This document shows, piece after piece, positions 1 to 9,554 of a stretch of 64,000 nt of DNA (the stretch's first letter is position 1; each line of letters starts with the position of its first letter). The stretch is from contig CAIZRG010000054.1 in assembly GCA_903935335.1 (NCBI GenBank), positions 106,306-170,305 of the forward strand, read 5' to 3'. This DNA is from Oligoflexia bacterium. Lineage in GTDB: Bacteria > Bdellovibrionota > UBA1018. Both the position numbers and the translations under genes were made by a program. Below the pieces are notes generated by a model. The model did no database searches. It had not been told where the DNA came from and saw nothing but the letters and a program-made list of their open reading frames with translations.

Positions 1-2
1 CA

Positions 3-725
3 TTTTTAGGAGATCGTTTTATTCCAGCTCCTGTGAAAATTCTTTTACCTTTTTCTATTTCCATCGCCTTATTTCCGGCACTCATTTTAAACAAACAGAT
101 TGACCTTAGGGAAACAAGAATTTGGGGTGCTACTGTCAGTGGAATTATTAGTACACTAGCGGTGGAAGTTTTTTTTTCGCTTTTGTTAGGATACACAGCA
201 AAATTAATATTTCAAGCAATTTTATTTGGAACTCATTTAGTTGGAAATTTCATGGGGTTTGCGTCTGCTACTTTTTATGATCCACATCAAGAATCCCAAA
301 CAGAGATTGTATCCCAGCTTCAAGTGACGATTGCTATGCTGATTTTTTTTGCATTAGATGGTCATCATCTTATGTTGCGAGCAAGTTTAGATAGTTATCG
401 AATAGTAGGGATTGGTAAAGCTTGTTGGTCACTCAATGTGATGCAACGTCTTATATCTATGTCAAGTGATGTATTTTCTATTAGTCTTCAAATTGCTGCT
501 CCAATATCTGTAGCATCATTTTCAGTTAATTCAGTTTTTGGAATTATCTCAAAAGCAATGCCACAAATGAATATTCTTTCTCTTTCTTTGTCAATCACAG
601 CTCTTGTAGGTCTATTTGTATTGTTTTTAAGTCTTTCTGAGTTTCATGATTTTGTTCAAATATTATTTTCTAGAATGGGAGATTGGATGTTAGAAATTAT
701 GAAGTTATTGAAAGATCGAGGATAA
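3..725 (+). CDS. fliR: Flagellar export protein FliR (5' end outside window)
   Basis: Frame is open from base 3 (FLGDRFIPAPVKI). Hydrophobic protein with FliR motifs MGFASATFYDP, LDGHH and KAMPQMNI. Directly precedes flhB. Confidence 0.93.
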   Translation, partial: FLGDRFIPAPVKILLPFSISIALFPALILNKQIDLRETRIWGATVSGIISTLAVEVFFSLLLGYTAKLIFQAILFGTHLVGNFMGFASATFYDPHQESQTEIVSQLQVTIAMLIFFALDGHHLMLRASLDSYRIVGIGKACWSLNVMQRLISMSSDVFSISLQIAAPISVASFSVNSVFGIISKAMPQMNILSLSLSITALVGLFVLFLSLSEFHDFVQILFSRMGDWMLEIMKLLKDRG

Positions 726-728
726 ATC

Positions 729-1817
729 TTGGCTGAGGATAAAGAAGACCGTTCACGTGAAGATCTGACTGAAGAAGCTTCGCCTCATCGAGTTGAAGAA
801 TATCGAAAAAAAGGAATGGTAGCACAAAGTCGTGATATTACAGGCTTAGCTGTGTTGCTAGCTGCTGGATCTTGTTTGTACCTCTTGGCACCGAAATTCG
901 GTCAAGATATTTCTAATTTTATGAAAGAAGTTTTTCAAAGCAATCTAACAGCTAAGCTTAATCTAGATAAAAATCAAATTATTCGAATTTTTTTAATTAA
1001 ATCATTATGGATTTTTATTTCTATTGGACTCCCAGTTGGATTTGCTGGTTTCATTTTGGGTGCGATGAGTAGCTTAGTTCAAACTGGAGTTATCTTTTCT
1101 TTTGATCCAATTACTCCAAAATTTGAAAAGATTGATCCTATTCAAGGTATAAAAAAGTATTTATCATTAAAACATCTGTTTGATGGATTGAGAGTGTTCC
1201 TTAAACTAGCAATCACTTTAGTTATTTCTTATAAATTAATTAAATCTGAAATCCTTGTCTCTCCTGCTTCTATGGGTTCTGATATTTTTTTAGCTTTTGG
1301 AAGTTTTTCAAGATGTATTAAATCAATTTCTTTCTCACTTTTAATTGTATTTGCCATTTTTGCTTTCATTGACTACGGATTTCAAAAATATGAGTTTAGT
1401 AAAAATCTAAAAATGACAAAGCAAGAGGCGAAACAAGAGTTTAAAGAGCGTGAAGGGGACCCTCAGATTCGAGCTAGGATTCGATCTGTGCAACGTGAGA
1501 TGGCACGACGTCGTATGATGCAGGCTGTAAAGAAGGCCGATGTTGTGATTACAAATCCTACTCATATTGCAGTGGCCTTGGTCTATGATACAACTCGAAT
1601 GAGTGCTCCAAAAGTTGTCGCTAAAGGAGCTGATTTCGTTGCACAAAGAATAAAGCAAATAGCCTTAGATTCAAATGTCCCAACGGTTGAGAATGTACCA
1701 CTAGCTAGAACCCTTTATAAAACTGTAAAAATCGGACACTCTATCCCACATGCTCTCTATCAAGCTGTAGCTGAAGTATTAGCGTATGTTTATAAATTAA
1801 AGAAAGGTAAATTGTGA
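729..1817 (+). CDS. flhB: Flagellar export substrate-specificity switch FlhB
   Basis: N-terminal TEEASPHR, KMTKQEAKQEFKEREGDP, NPTH autocleavage motif, ENVPLARTLY. Confidence 0.97.
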   Translation: MAEDKEDRSREDLTEEASPHRVEEYRKKGMVAQSRDITGLAVLLAAGSCLYLLAPKFGQDISNFMKEVFQSNLTAKLNLDKNQIIRIFLIKSLWIFISIGLPVGFAGFILGAMSSLVQTGVIFSFDPITPKFEKIDPIQGIKKYLSLKHLFDGLRVFLKLAITLVISYKLIKSEILVSPASMGSDIFLAFGSFSRCIKSISFSLLIVFAIFAFIDYGFQKYEFSKNLKMTKQEAKQEFKEREGDPQIRARIRSVQREMARRRMMQAVKKADVVITNPTHIAVALVYDTTRMSAPKVVAKGADFVAQRIKQIALDSNVPTVENVPLARTLYKTVKIGHSIPHALYQAVAEVLAYVYKLKKGKL

Positions 1818-3892
1818 GCCTTTTATCTAGAATTTCAAAAAGCTCTGACTTAACTCTTGCACTAGGTTTGTTGGCTATATTGTCAGTTATGGTTATTCCA
1901 ATGCCAAGGTTTCTGTTAGATATTTTCATATCTATTGGAATTGCATTTTCACTTATTATGCTACTGACTTCAGTTTATGCAACTCGTGCTTTAGATTTTA
2001 GTATTTTCCCTTCTCTTTTATTGATTACAACGCTTTTCCGACTTTCTTTGAATGTAGCTACAACAAGAGTAATTTTACTTCACGGAGCAGAAGAAGGAAC
2101 TTCAGCTGCAGGAGATGTTATTCGATCTTTTGGAGAATTTGTAGTTGGTGGAAATTATGCAGTTGGAATTGTTATATTTGTAATTCTAGTAATAATAAAC
2201 TTTGTAGTTATTACAAAAGGTGCTGGTCGTGTAGCAGAAGTAGCCGCTCGTTTTACTTTAGATGCAATGCCTGGAAAACAAATGGCCATTGATGCAGATC
2301 TTAACGCTGGATTAATCAATGAACAGGAAGCTAGAAAAAGAAGATCTGAGATTGCTCGTGAAGCTGATTTTTACGGAGCAATGGATGGTGCTTCGAAGTT
2401 TGTTCGTGGAGATGCTATTGCAGGAATTTTAATTGTTATTGTTAATATTTTTGGAGGAATTATTATTGGGAGCCTTCAAAAAGGAATGGATATTGCTGAT
2501 GCAGCTTCAGTTTTTACGTTACTTACAGTTGGGGATGGCTTGGTTACTCAGATTCCTGCATTGATTGTATCAACATCAGCTGGGATCATTGTCACTCGGA
2601 CAGCGACAAGTTCTAACTTTAGTCAAGAAGTTTCACGGCAACTTTTTATGAAGCCAAATGCTTTGGTTGCTGCAGGGAGTGTGATGGGATTTATGTCAAT
2701 TATCCCAGGGCTTCCTTTTATTCCATTTGCTTTATTAGGAATAGGAGTTGGTTCTTTAGGTTATACTTTAAGAAAAAATAATTTTGAAGAAGAAAAGAAA
2801 AATCAAGAAAAAGTTAATTTAGAAAAGATAAAGCCTGCTCCAGAAAAGCTTGAAAATTTACTACCTGTAGATTCATTAGAGTTAGAAGTTGGATATGGAC
2901 TCATTAGTATTGTTGATGTTGATCAAAATGGAGATTTACTTGAAAGAGTGTCAAACATCAGAAAGCAATTTGCAATTGATTTAGGTATTATCATTCCTTC
3001 GCTCAGAATTAGAGATAATCTGGAACTAAAGCCAGGTGACTATCGAATTTTACTTAAAGGAGTTCAGATTGGAGTAGGATCTTTGATGGTTGGGAATTTG
3101 CTAGCCATGGACCCAGGTAATGTTATTGAGCCGGTTGTGGGTGTTCCTACGAAAGAGCCTGCTTTTGGTTTAGATGCAATTTGGATTTCAGCTCGACAAA
3201 AAGATGAGGCCACTTACGCAGGTTATACTGTAGTTGATCTATCAACTGTAATTGCTACGCATTTGACTGAGCTGATTCGTCAAAATGTTCATGAATTAAT
3301 GGGTCGTCAAGAATTACAGCAACTCTTGGATAATTTAAAGCAAACTGCTCCAAAAGTTATTGAAGACCTTATTCCTGGTGTTTTAAGTGTAGGAAATGTT
3401 CTGAAAATTTTAAAATCATTACTCAAAGAAAATGTATCTATTCGAGATCTTAAATCTATTCTTGAGGCATTGGCAGATATAGCTCCAATTCAAAAAGATC
3501 CAATTATTTTAACTGAACATGTAAGAACAACTTTAGCTCGTACTATTACTAAAAAACTCATAGGGTCAGATGGGCAGCTAAAATTAATTACATTAGATAG
3601 AAAAATTGAAGAAACTGTTGCATCTGGAATTATTCAGACTGACCAAGGGCAGCAATTATCAATAGATCCAGAATTTGTTCGAAATTTTATTAATCAATTA
3701 AATCAACAGGTGATTGAGATGAGTTCTCAAACATCTAATGCCGTAGTTTTATGTTCCCCGTTGATTCGATCTCATATTAAAACATTAATTGATCGATTTA
3801 TTCCTAATGTCACAGTTTTATCTCATAATGAGATTACACAAAATATTATAGTTCAATCTTTTGGAACAGTGAGGTTATCAGATGCAAGTTAA
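1814..3892 (+). CDS. flhA: Flagellar export gate protein FlhA
   Basis: RVAEVAARFTLDAMPGKQMAIDADL and FYGAMDGASKFVRGDAIAG signatures. Confidence 0.98.
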   Translation: MSLLSRISKSSDLTLALGLLAILSVMVIPMPRFLLDIFISIGIAFSLIMLLTSVYATRALDFSIFPSLLLITTLFRLSLNVATTRVILLHGAEEGTSAAGDVIRSFGEFVVGGNYAVGIVIFVILVIINFVVITKGAGRVAEVAARFTLDAMPGKQMAIDADLNAGLINEQEARKRRSEIAREADFYGAMDGASKFVRGDAIAGILIVIVNIFGGIIIGSLQKGMDIADAASVFTLLTVGDGLVTQIPALIVSTSAGIIVTRTATSSNFSQEVSRQLFMKPNALVAAGSVMGFMSIIPGLPFIPFALLGIGVGSLGYTLRKNNFEEEKKNQEKVNLEKIKPAPEKLENLLPVDSLELEVGYGLISIVDVDQNGDLLERVSNIRKQFAIDLGIIIPSLRIRDNLELKPGDYRILLKGVQIGVGSLMVGNLLAMDPGNVIEPVVGVPTKEPAFGLDAIWISARQKDEATYAGYTVVDLSTVIATHLTELIRQNVHELMGRQELQQLLDNLKQTAPKVIEDLIPGVLSVGNVLKILKSLLKENVSIRDLKSILEALADIAPIQKDPIILTEHVRTTLARTITKKLIGSDGQLKLITLDRKIEETVASGIIQTDQGQQLSIDPEFVRNFINQLNQQVIEMSSQTSNAVVLCSPLIRSHIKTLIDRFIPNVTVLSHNEITQNIIVQSFGTVRLSDAS

Positions 3893-5279
3893 AAAATTTG
3901 AAGCTCCTACTATTCAAGAGGCGTTAGATAATGTGAAACGAGAACTGGGCCCAGAAGCAATTATTTTACAGACAAAAAAAAATAAAAGAGGTTTTGGTCT
4001 TCTTTCGAAAGGTTCTGTTGAAATTACAGCTGCTGTTTCAGATCGATCCTTACAAAAGAAGCAAAGTCTTGATGTCAAGCTGCCTGAAAAAAGTAAGAGT
4101 GCTGTCAAGAGATTGTCTGCTGAAAAACAAGCTAATATTTACGATAAATATGCAACTCAATCTATTCTTTCTGAAAATCAGATTTTCGATCGAGTTGAAG
4201 TAAGCCAAAAAGGTAAAAAAATTACTGCAACTCGTTATATTGATATTCGAGATGAACAATTAGAGAACAAAAAGAATTTTCAAATGAAACCTCAAAAATC
4301 TGATTTGAAGCCACTGGTGACTCAACCCACGACTTTCTTGGGTTTAGATAAAGAAGAAAAATTTTTAAATAAAAAGTCATTTGAGGAAGAAGTTCAGTAT
4401 CTGAAAAAGATGATTCAAGATCTTAAAGATACTCAAGAATCTGAAAAAAATTCAGGGCCTAATCTTTTACAGCATACTATGTTAGATGTTCCGACTTTAC
4501 AGGACGTCTTTGAACAATTAGTTACAAATGGTGTAGAACGACGTTATGTTTTGTCTTTTATTAAAAAAGTTGCATTTGAATTAGGTGCTGACGGTGTCAA
4601 AAATCCTGAATTAGTATTAGATCAATTAGCACAAGAAATTATGGATACAATCGAAGTTATTCCTCCGTTTCCCATTGATTTTGAAAAAATTCAAAAACCA
4701 GTTATGATAGCCCTGGTAGGTCCTACTGGAGTGGGTAAAACTTCTACGATTGCAAAGCTAGCAAGTAGTGCTCTAACAAAACGTGGCTTGAAGGTTGGTT
4801 TGATTAATTTAGATCAAAGTAAATTAAATTCATTTGAACAATTAGGAACTTATGCAAAATTGATCAAGGCTCCCATTCGTTCTGCTTCCTCTGAAGAAGA
4901 CTTGGAATCAGCTCTTTTAGATTTTAAAAACTTGGATCTGATTTTTTTTGATACCCCTGGTTGCTCACAAAAAGATACTGAGGCCATTAGAAAATTATGT
5001 CAAACTTTAGAAGGAATACCTCAAATTCGTATTTATATGATTTTAGCTGGAGTTACTAAAGATATTGAGCTTTATGATGCCGCTAGCCGATTTTCAATTT
5101 TTCGTCCTCAAGGCATTATAATGTCAAAATTAGATGAAGCAACAATATATGGCTCTATTTATAATCTGTCGCAACGATCTAAACTTCCTTTGGTTTCATT
5201 TACATTAGGTCAAGTTATTCCTGATGATATTGAAGATGCATCTCAAGAGAGATTAGCTTCGCTACTCTTAAATATTTAA
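3882..5279 (+). CDS. flhF: Flagellar SRP-family GTPase FlhF
   Basis: N-terminal MQVKKFEAPTIQEAL...ELGPEAIIL, P-loop GPTGVGKTST, DTPG, SKLDE, GQVIPDDI. Confidence 0.93.
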   Translation: MQVKKFEAPTIQEALDNVKRELGPEAIILQTKKNKRGFGLLSKGSVEITAAVSDRSLQKKQSLDVKLPEKSKSAVKRLSAEKQANIYDKYATQSILSENQIFDRVEVSQKGKKITATRYIDIRDEQLENKKNFQMKPQKSDLKPLVTQPTTFLGLDKEEKFLNKKSFEEEVQYLKKMIQDLKDTQESEKNSGPNLLQHTMLDVPTLQDVFEQLVTNGVERRYVLSFIKKVAFELGADGVKNPELVLDQLAQEIMDTIEVIPPFPIDFEKIQKPVMIALVGPTGVGKTSTIAKLASSALTKRGLKVGLINLDQSKLNSFEQLGTYAKLIKAPIRSASSEEDLESALLDFKNLDLIFFDTPGCSQKDTEAIRKLCQTLEGIPQIRIYMILAGVTKDIELYDAASRFSIFRPQGIIMSKLDEATIYGSIYNLSQRSKLPLVSFTLGQVIPDDIEDASQERLASLLLNI

Positions 5280-5340
5280 TAAATTTATAAATATGATAAA
5301 ATTATTAAATAGAAAGTTTTTTTAGAGGGGTGGATAAAAA

Positions 5341-6306
5341 ATGAGCTTAAATCAAGGCATTCAGAAGTACCGTGATAATCTGAAGGGTACAGCTAAGAAA
5401 GACCGTCAAAAAATTATAAATAAGACCTCTGACTTGGTATCAACTGCTTTAGAAGCAGATTCTTCTCAAAAGAACTCTGATGAAGAAAAAGAGTTACATA
5501 AAGAAATTACTAATGAAGTTGCAAAAGATTCAGCTTTGACCTCTCAATTAGTAGCTGAAGATATTTCTCCAGCTAATAGTTCTAGAGATCAGCTAATTAT
5601 TGAATATTCTTCTTTAATAAAGTATATTGCTCAGAAAATAGCAGCAAGGCTTCCTGCTAACATTGAACTTGACGATTTGATGAGCTCAGGAGTCATTGGA
5701 TTGATGGATGCTATGGATAAATATGATGTCTCTCGTGATAATAAATTTAAAACTTATGCAGAGTTTAGGATTCGAGGTGCTATTTTAGATGAACTTCGGG
5801 CTCAAGACTGGGTGCCTAGATCAGTTCGAGAAAAAGCCAAGATTTTAGAGCGTTGTTATGCTCGTATTGAGCATCAAAAAGGACGTCAGGCTACGGATGA
5901 AGAAGTTTGTCAAGACTTGAAGATGAATCAAGAAGAGTATCATGACTTGCTTAATCAAGTTCGGACTGTTTCTTTGCTGTCTTATGATGATCTTTCTCAT
6001 TTTTCAAAAGCTGACAGAAGAGCTCTTCATGGGTCTGGTGAAAGTGGGAATAAAACTACTACTCCTTTTAGTGAAATTAATACAGCTTATCTAAAGAAAA
6101 TTATTTCTAATGCAATTCAAGACCTTCCAGAAAAGCAGCGTTTAGTGTTATCTCTTTATTACTATGAAGACCTTAACTTAAAAGAAATCGGTAAAGTCTT
6201 AGATGTGACTGAGTCTCGTGTCAGTCAGCTACATACTCAGGCAGTTCTTAGGCTCAAGGGTAAGCTTAGAAACCATTGGGATGATTTTATTTCTTTGTTT
6301 GGATAA
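5341..6306 (+). CDS. fliA: RNA polymerase sigma-28 (FliA/WhiG family) with an N-terminal extension
   Basis: FKTYAEFRIRGAILDELRAQDWVPRS and region 4 LYYYEDLNLKEIGKVLDVTESRVSQLH. Confidence 0.96.
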   Translation: MSLNQGIQKYRDNLKGTAKKDRQKIINKTSDLVSTALEADSSQKNSDEEKELHKEITNEVAKDSALTSQLVAEDISPANSSRDQLIIEYSSLIKYIAQKIAARLPANIELDDLMSSGVIGLMDAMDKYDVSRDNKFKTYAEFRIRGAILDELRAQDWVPRSVREKAKILERCYARIEHQKGRQATDEEVCQDLKMNQEEYHDLLNQVRTVSLLSYDDLSHFSKADRRALHGSGESGNKTTTPFSEINTAYLKKIISNAIQDLPEKQRLVLSLYYYEDLNLKEIGKVLDVTESRVSQLHTQAVLRLKGKLRNHWDDFISLFG

Positions 6307-6332
6307 ATTATTGGATATCAAAATCAAAGTAT

Positions 6333-6770
6333 TCATTTGTCAATCCCAAGAGAATGGTTTAGGTATTTCTTACAAAATTCTATGAACTGGTTTTGTTCAT
6401 CTGAAGTAAAAATAAATTCAAGACCAATTCGATAGTTAAAAGCCTGTTGAGTTAGGATATGGCTTCCAGCATGCGAATCTTGACACCAAACTATTCGACA
6501 TCGGATTTTTATTGATCCTGGCTCTGAGATAGTGAGATGAATTTCTTGATCCGCAATCAAAGGGGCTGAAGAGTAGAGTCCAATGCCTTTTAATGAAAGG
6601 TCATTGATGAGAAGTCGAGCTTGAACTAAGGGTGAAGGTGGAGTAGTAGGTAAAATAGGTTCGAGATGAGCTGTAATTCTTTTTAGGTGAATGGAGTGGC
6701 GCTGTTTTTCTCGTTCCCTTTTTTTTATTTGATTTTGAGCACGTGTTCTCTGGTTTGGAGCATGCCACAT
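6333..6770 (-). CDS. PilZ-domain protein
   Basis: RxxxR-like REKQR, DLSLKG (DxSxxG), CRIVW and YRIGLEF. Confidence 0.75.
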   Translation of the reverse strand: MWHAPNQRTRAQNQIKKREREKQRHSIHLKRITAHLEPILPTTPPSPLVQARLLINDLSLKGIGLYSSAPLIADQEIHLTISEPGSIKIRCRIVWCQDSHAGSHILTQQAFNYRIGLEFIFTSDEQNQFIEFCKKYLNHSLGIDK

Positions 6771-6964
6771 GCCTCCTCCTCTCTTGAGATGGTTATTCTT
6801 ATAATTATGAAGGCTGTTGAATTATTATACAATAAAAATAGTATATTAATTTATTTTAATTTCTCAAATTAATTTGTATGTTTAAGTCAATTAATTTTAA
6901 TTCCTACTTTGAAGTTTTTTTGACAATGCACGCAATTCACATAGAAAGTTAAGTGTTGTTCATT

Positions 6965-7451
6965 ATAGTTCGTTGTCCAGATGCCAACGTTGCCACGAAG
7001 ATGATTGAATTAATCGATTCCGCCCGAAAAGAGGGTGACACAGTGGGAAAAATTATTACAGAATTAATACGTGGCTGTCCAGTTAGATTAGGTGAGCCTT
7101 GCATGCAGACCTTGGAAAAGCAATGCTGAGTATCAATGCAGTCAAGGGCTTTGAATATGGATCTGGCTTTATTGGCGTAGAGCTCACAGGATCTGAGCAC
7201 AATGATCCTTTTGTGTTGAGACACAGGGTAAACTAAAGACTGTTACAAACCATTCTGGAGGAATTCAAGGGGGGATTAGTAACGGAATGGACATCTACTT
7301 TAGAGTAGCCTTCAAGCCCGTTGGAAAACTCATGAAAACACAAATTCAAGAGAGAAGTCGACATGATCCCTGCGTTCTTCCTCGGGCTGTTCCCATCGTT
7401 GAAGCGATGGCAGCAATCATAATTGCTGATCATCTGATTCGTAATAATTAA
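6965..7451 (+). pseudogene. aroC: Chorismate synthase remnant (C-terminal half, frameshifted, internal deletions)
   Basis: Manual translation across frames: VRCPDANVATKMIELIDSARKEGDTVG...LGEP / [23 protein letters not shown]...GSEHNDPF / [25 protein letters not shown]...[19 protein letters not shown]. Frameshifts near 7100 and ~7220. N-terminal half absent. Confidence 0.92.
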
Positions 7452-8605
7452 ATGTGAAGTCCTAAGTTGAGAGTATATCGTCGATCTTCTAGGGTTCCTG
7501 CGTTGAGTCCCATTTCTTCTCCATAGCTTGCTAAATCAAGTGTGATGAAACGAAAGTCAATCCCTAAGCCTGCAGTCCAGTATCCTTGATTGAGTCCTGC
7601 TCGGAAGGCAAAACTTTTCCAATGGGTTTCACCTCCCAGGTGAAGGAGTTTGAAGACGCTACCATCAGGGTTATTGTGGATATCAGTCACTTCAAAAGCA
7701 AGTGCCGTATCGGTGAAAAACACCCAGGATGAGCGAGTAACAGATACGCCTAGTCCGTAGCTTCTCGGTTGGGCAGGAGGAAGAGATCCGATTTTTAGAG
7801 GGGTAAATTTTAGATTTGAATAGTTTCCTCCTAAAATATTTTGAATGGCTCCACCCATACTCAAAACAAAATTATTCCATTCTCCTAGTTTATAAGTGGA
7901 TCCGAGATCAAAGTCAATCATGCTCCCTTCTCCACCAATTGACTTAATCCCTAGGGAAGATCCACGAACATAGTCAACCAGACTGAAATTAGGTGATGTG
8001 CCGACTCGGTAAGTCAGATGTGTATTGATTCCTATAGAAAGTTCATCATGAGCAAGAAATTTTCTTCCAATTGTCAAAGTCGGTCCAATATCTAAAATAC
8101 CATCCAGGCTAGTTTGATAGCTTTGTCGAATATCAGCATCGATCTGCAAGCTTGTAATCATACCTAGTGCAAAAGCTAGTTTTCTCTCTTCAGTGGCTGC
8201 CCAATAAAAAGCGGGTAGAACAATTTGGAGTCGATCATGAATATTTTTCCCTGCATTGTTTGTCAATGATTTCAGTGGATCATTCCCATTGGAAATTGAG
8301 GAAATTTCTTTGATAGTATTTGAAGTTGTTTCAATCGGTGTGATTTGAATGAGTGTAAATTCTGAAGCAGGGTTAGCAGTGACTCGGGCTGGGTTATTGA
8401 AAAAATTCTCATCGTATAGCCCCGTTGTCATTCGGACTCCCCCCATTGCAGCACTTCGAACGCTTTGATAGGGTCGAATAATTCCATCTAGGGCATAGAC
8501 TGATGTAGAGAAAAGTAAAACTATGGAGCATAGAAATAACCTAGATGTGCCATATGAGCCAAATGAGATGGAAGAGAGAGGAATTTTTTTTATTTTTGAG
8601 AACAT
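7448..8605 (-). CDS. Outer-membrane beta-barrel protein (TraF-like)
   Basis: Signal peptide, RSAAMGG...FFNNPA N-terminal motif, amphipathic strands, RAGLNQGY, C-terminal beta signal YTLNLGLHI. Confidence 0.6.
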   Translation of the reverse strand: MFSKIKKIPLSSISFGSYGTSRLFLCSIVLLFSTSVYALDGIIRPYQSVRSAAMGGVRMTTGLYDENFFNNPARVTANPASEFTLIQITPIETTSNTIKEISSISNGNDPLKSLTNNAGKNIHDRLQIVLPAFYWAATEERKLAFALGMITSLQIDADIRQSYQTSLDGILDIGPTLTIGRKFLAHDELSIGINTHLTYRVGTSPNFSLVDYVRGSSLGIKSIGGEGSMIDFDLGSTYKLGEWNNFVLSMGGAIQNILGGNYSNLKFTPLKIGSLPPAQPRSYGLGVSVTRSSWVFFTDTALAFEVTDIHNNPDGSVFKLLHLGGETHWKSFAFRAGLNQGYWTAGLGIDFRFITLDLASYGEEMGLNAGTLEDRRYTLNLGLHI

Positions 8606-9459
8606 TAGTTTTCTCCTATACCTAGTCCAAGTAAACCTGCTCGGTAGACAGCGTCTTGTTGTAAGGTTGTGAAGCTATTCCAATTTGTGTTTAGGGTAAT
8701 TGCTAAGGTATTATTTGCAAAGTTCAGAGATGAAGATCCAAGGCTGCCAGTTGTTTGTAGTTCATCGATGCTGTCAATGATTTGTGTAATAGCTGCATTG
8801 ATCATATAGAGGGTTGGATTTCCTGAGGGTCCTATAATGTCAGCATCAGTGGCTTTTTGTAGATCGGGAATGGAGCTTCCTAGGGTTAGTTTCTTACCAA
8901 GGGGTGCCTTGCAGGCTGTCAATTGCTGAGTCGGATCTGTTGTGCTTAAACAAATAGTCGGGTTAGCTACTAGATCTGCTTGAGTAAATTTTCCAGGTGA
9001 TCCTGCGTCTTCAGCTAGGATTTCAGCCATCAATCCAGTTGCTGTAATAAAACGAATGAGTCCTCGGTTATGAATTTCAGAGATCAAGTTGACTTTTAAA
9101 AAAGCATGAAAGAAAGCCAGTCGTGTGGTTGAGTTGGCCGTATATGTCAAAGCGTCGGCGAGTTTTGTGATAAGGGTACCCCCATTTTTAGATCCATCGA
9201 TGATGGCACTCACAAAAACACCGGCAGTCAGTCCATTTTGAGCTAAGATCATCAAGGCTGTTTCACTATTAGCTTGATCAGAGTAATGAGGAGAAACTTG
9301 TTGGTAGTACTTAGAAGCGCACTCATAATCACCTTGATCAAAGCAAGCTCGAGCTGTTGAAAGAATCTGTAAATCTCCTGAGGGTTTATCGACTAAGCTG
9401 TAAGGATTACAGCCTGTAAGAATCATCAAAATGAAAATAACTTTGAATAAATGTTTCAT
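8605..9459 (-). CDS. Hypothetical lipoprotein
   Basis: Lipobox ILTGC and a TPR-like helix (ARACFDQGDYECASKYY). Translationally coupled to the barrel gene. Confidence 0.6.
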   Translation of the reverse strand: MKHLFKVIFILMILTGCNPYSLVDKPSGDLQILSTARACFDQGDYECASKYYQQVSPHYSDQANSETALMILAQNGLTAGVFVSAIIDGSKNGGTLITKLADALTYTANSTTRLAFFHAFLKVNLISEIHNRGLIRFITATGLMAEILAEDAGSPGKFTQADLVANPTICLSTTDPTQQLTACKAPLGKKLTLGSSIPDLQKATDADIIGPSGNPTLYMINAAITQIIDSIDELQTTGSLGSSSLNFANNTLAITLNTNWNSFTTLQQDAVYRAGLLGLGIGEN

Positions 9460-9554
9460 TTCCCATCCCCCTTGATTAACACTAGTAAAAGCTAAGACTT
9501 TAAGTCTAGAAGATCGTGCGGGGATCTGTAAAGAGGCATTTTTAAAGCTGATTT

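Noticed and set aside
6949-7433. Minus-strand ORFs of 91 and 66 aa
   Set aside because: Antisense shadows of the aroC remnant.
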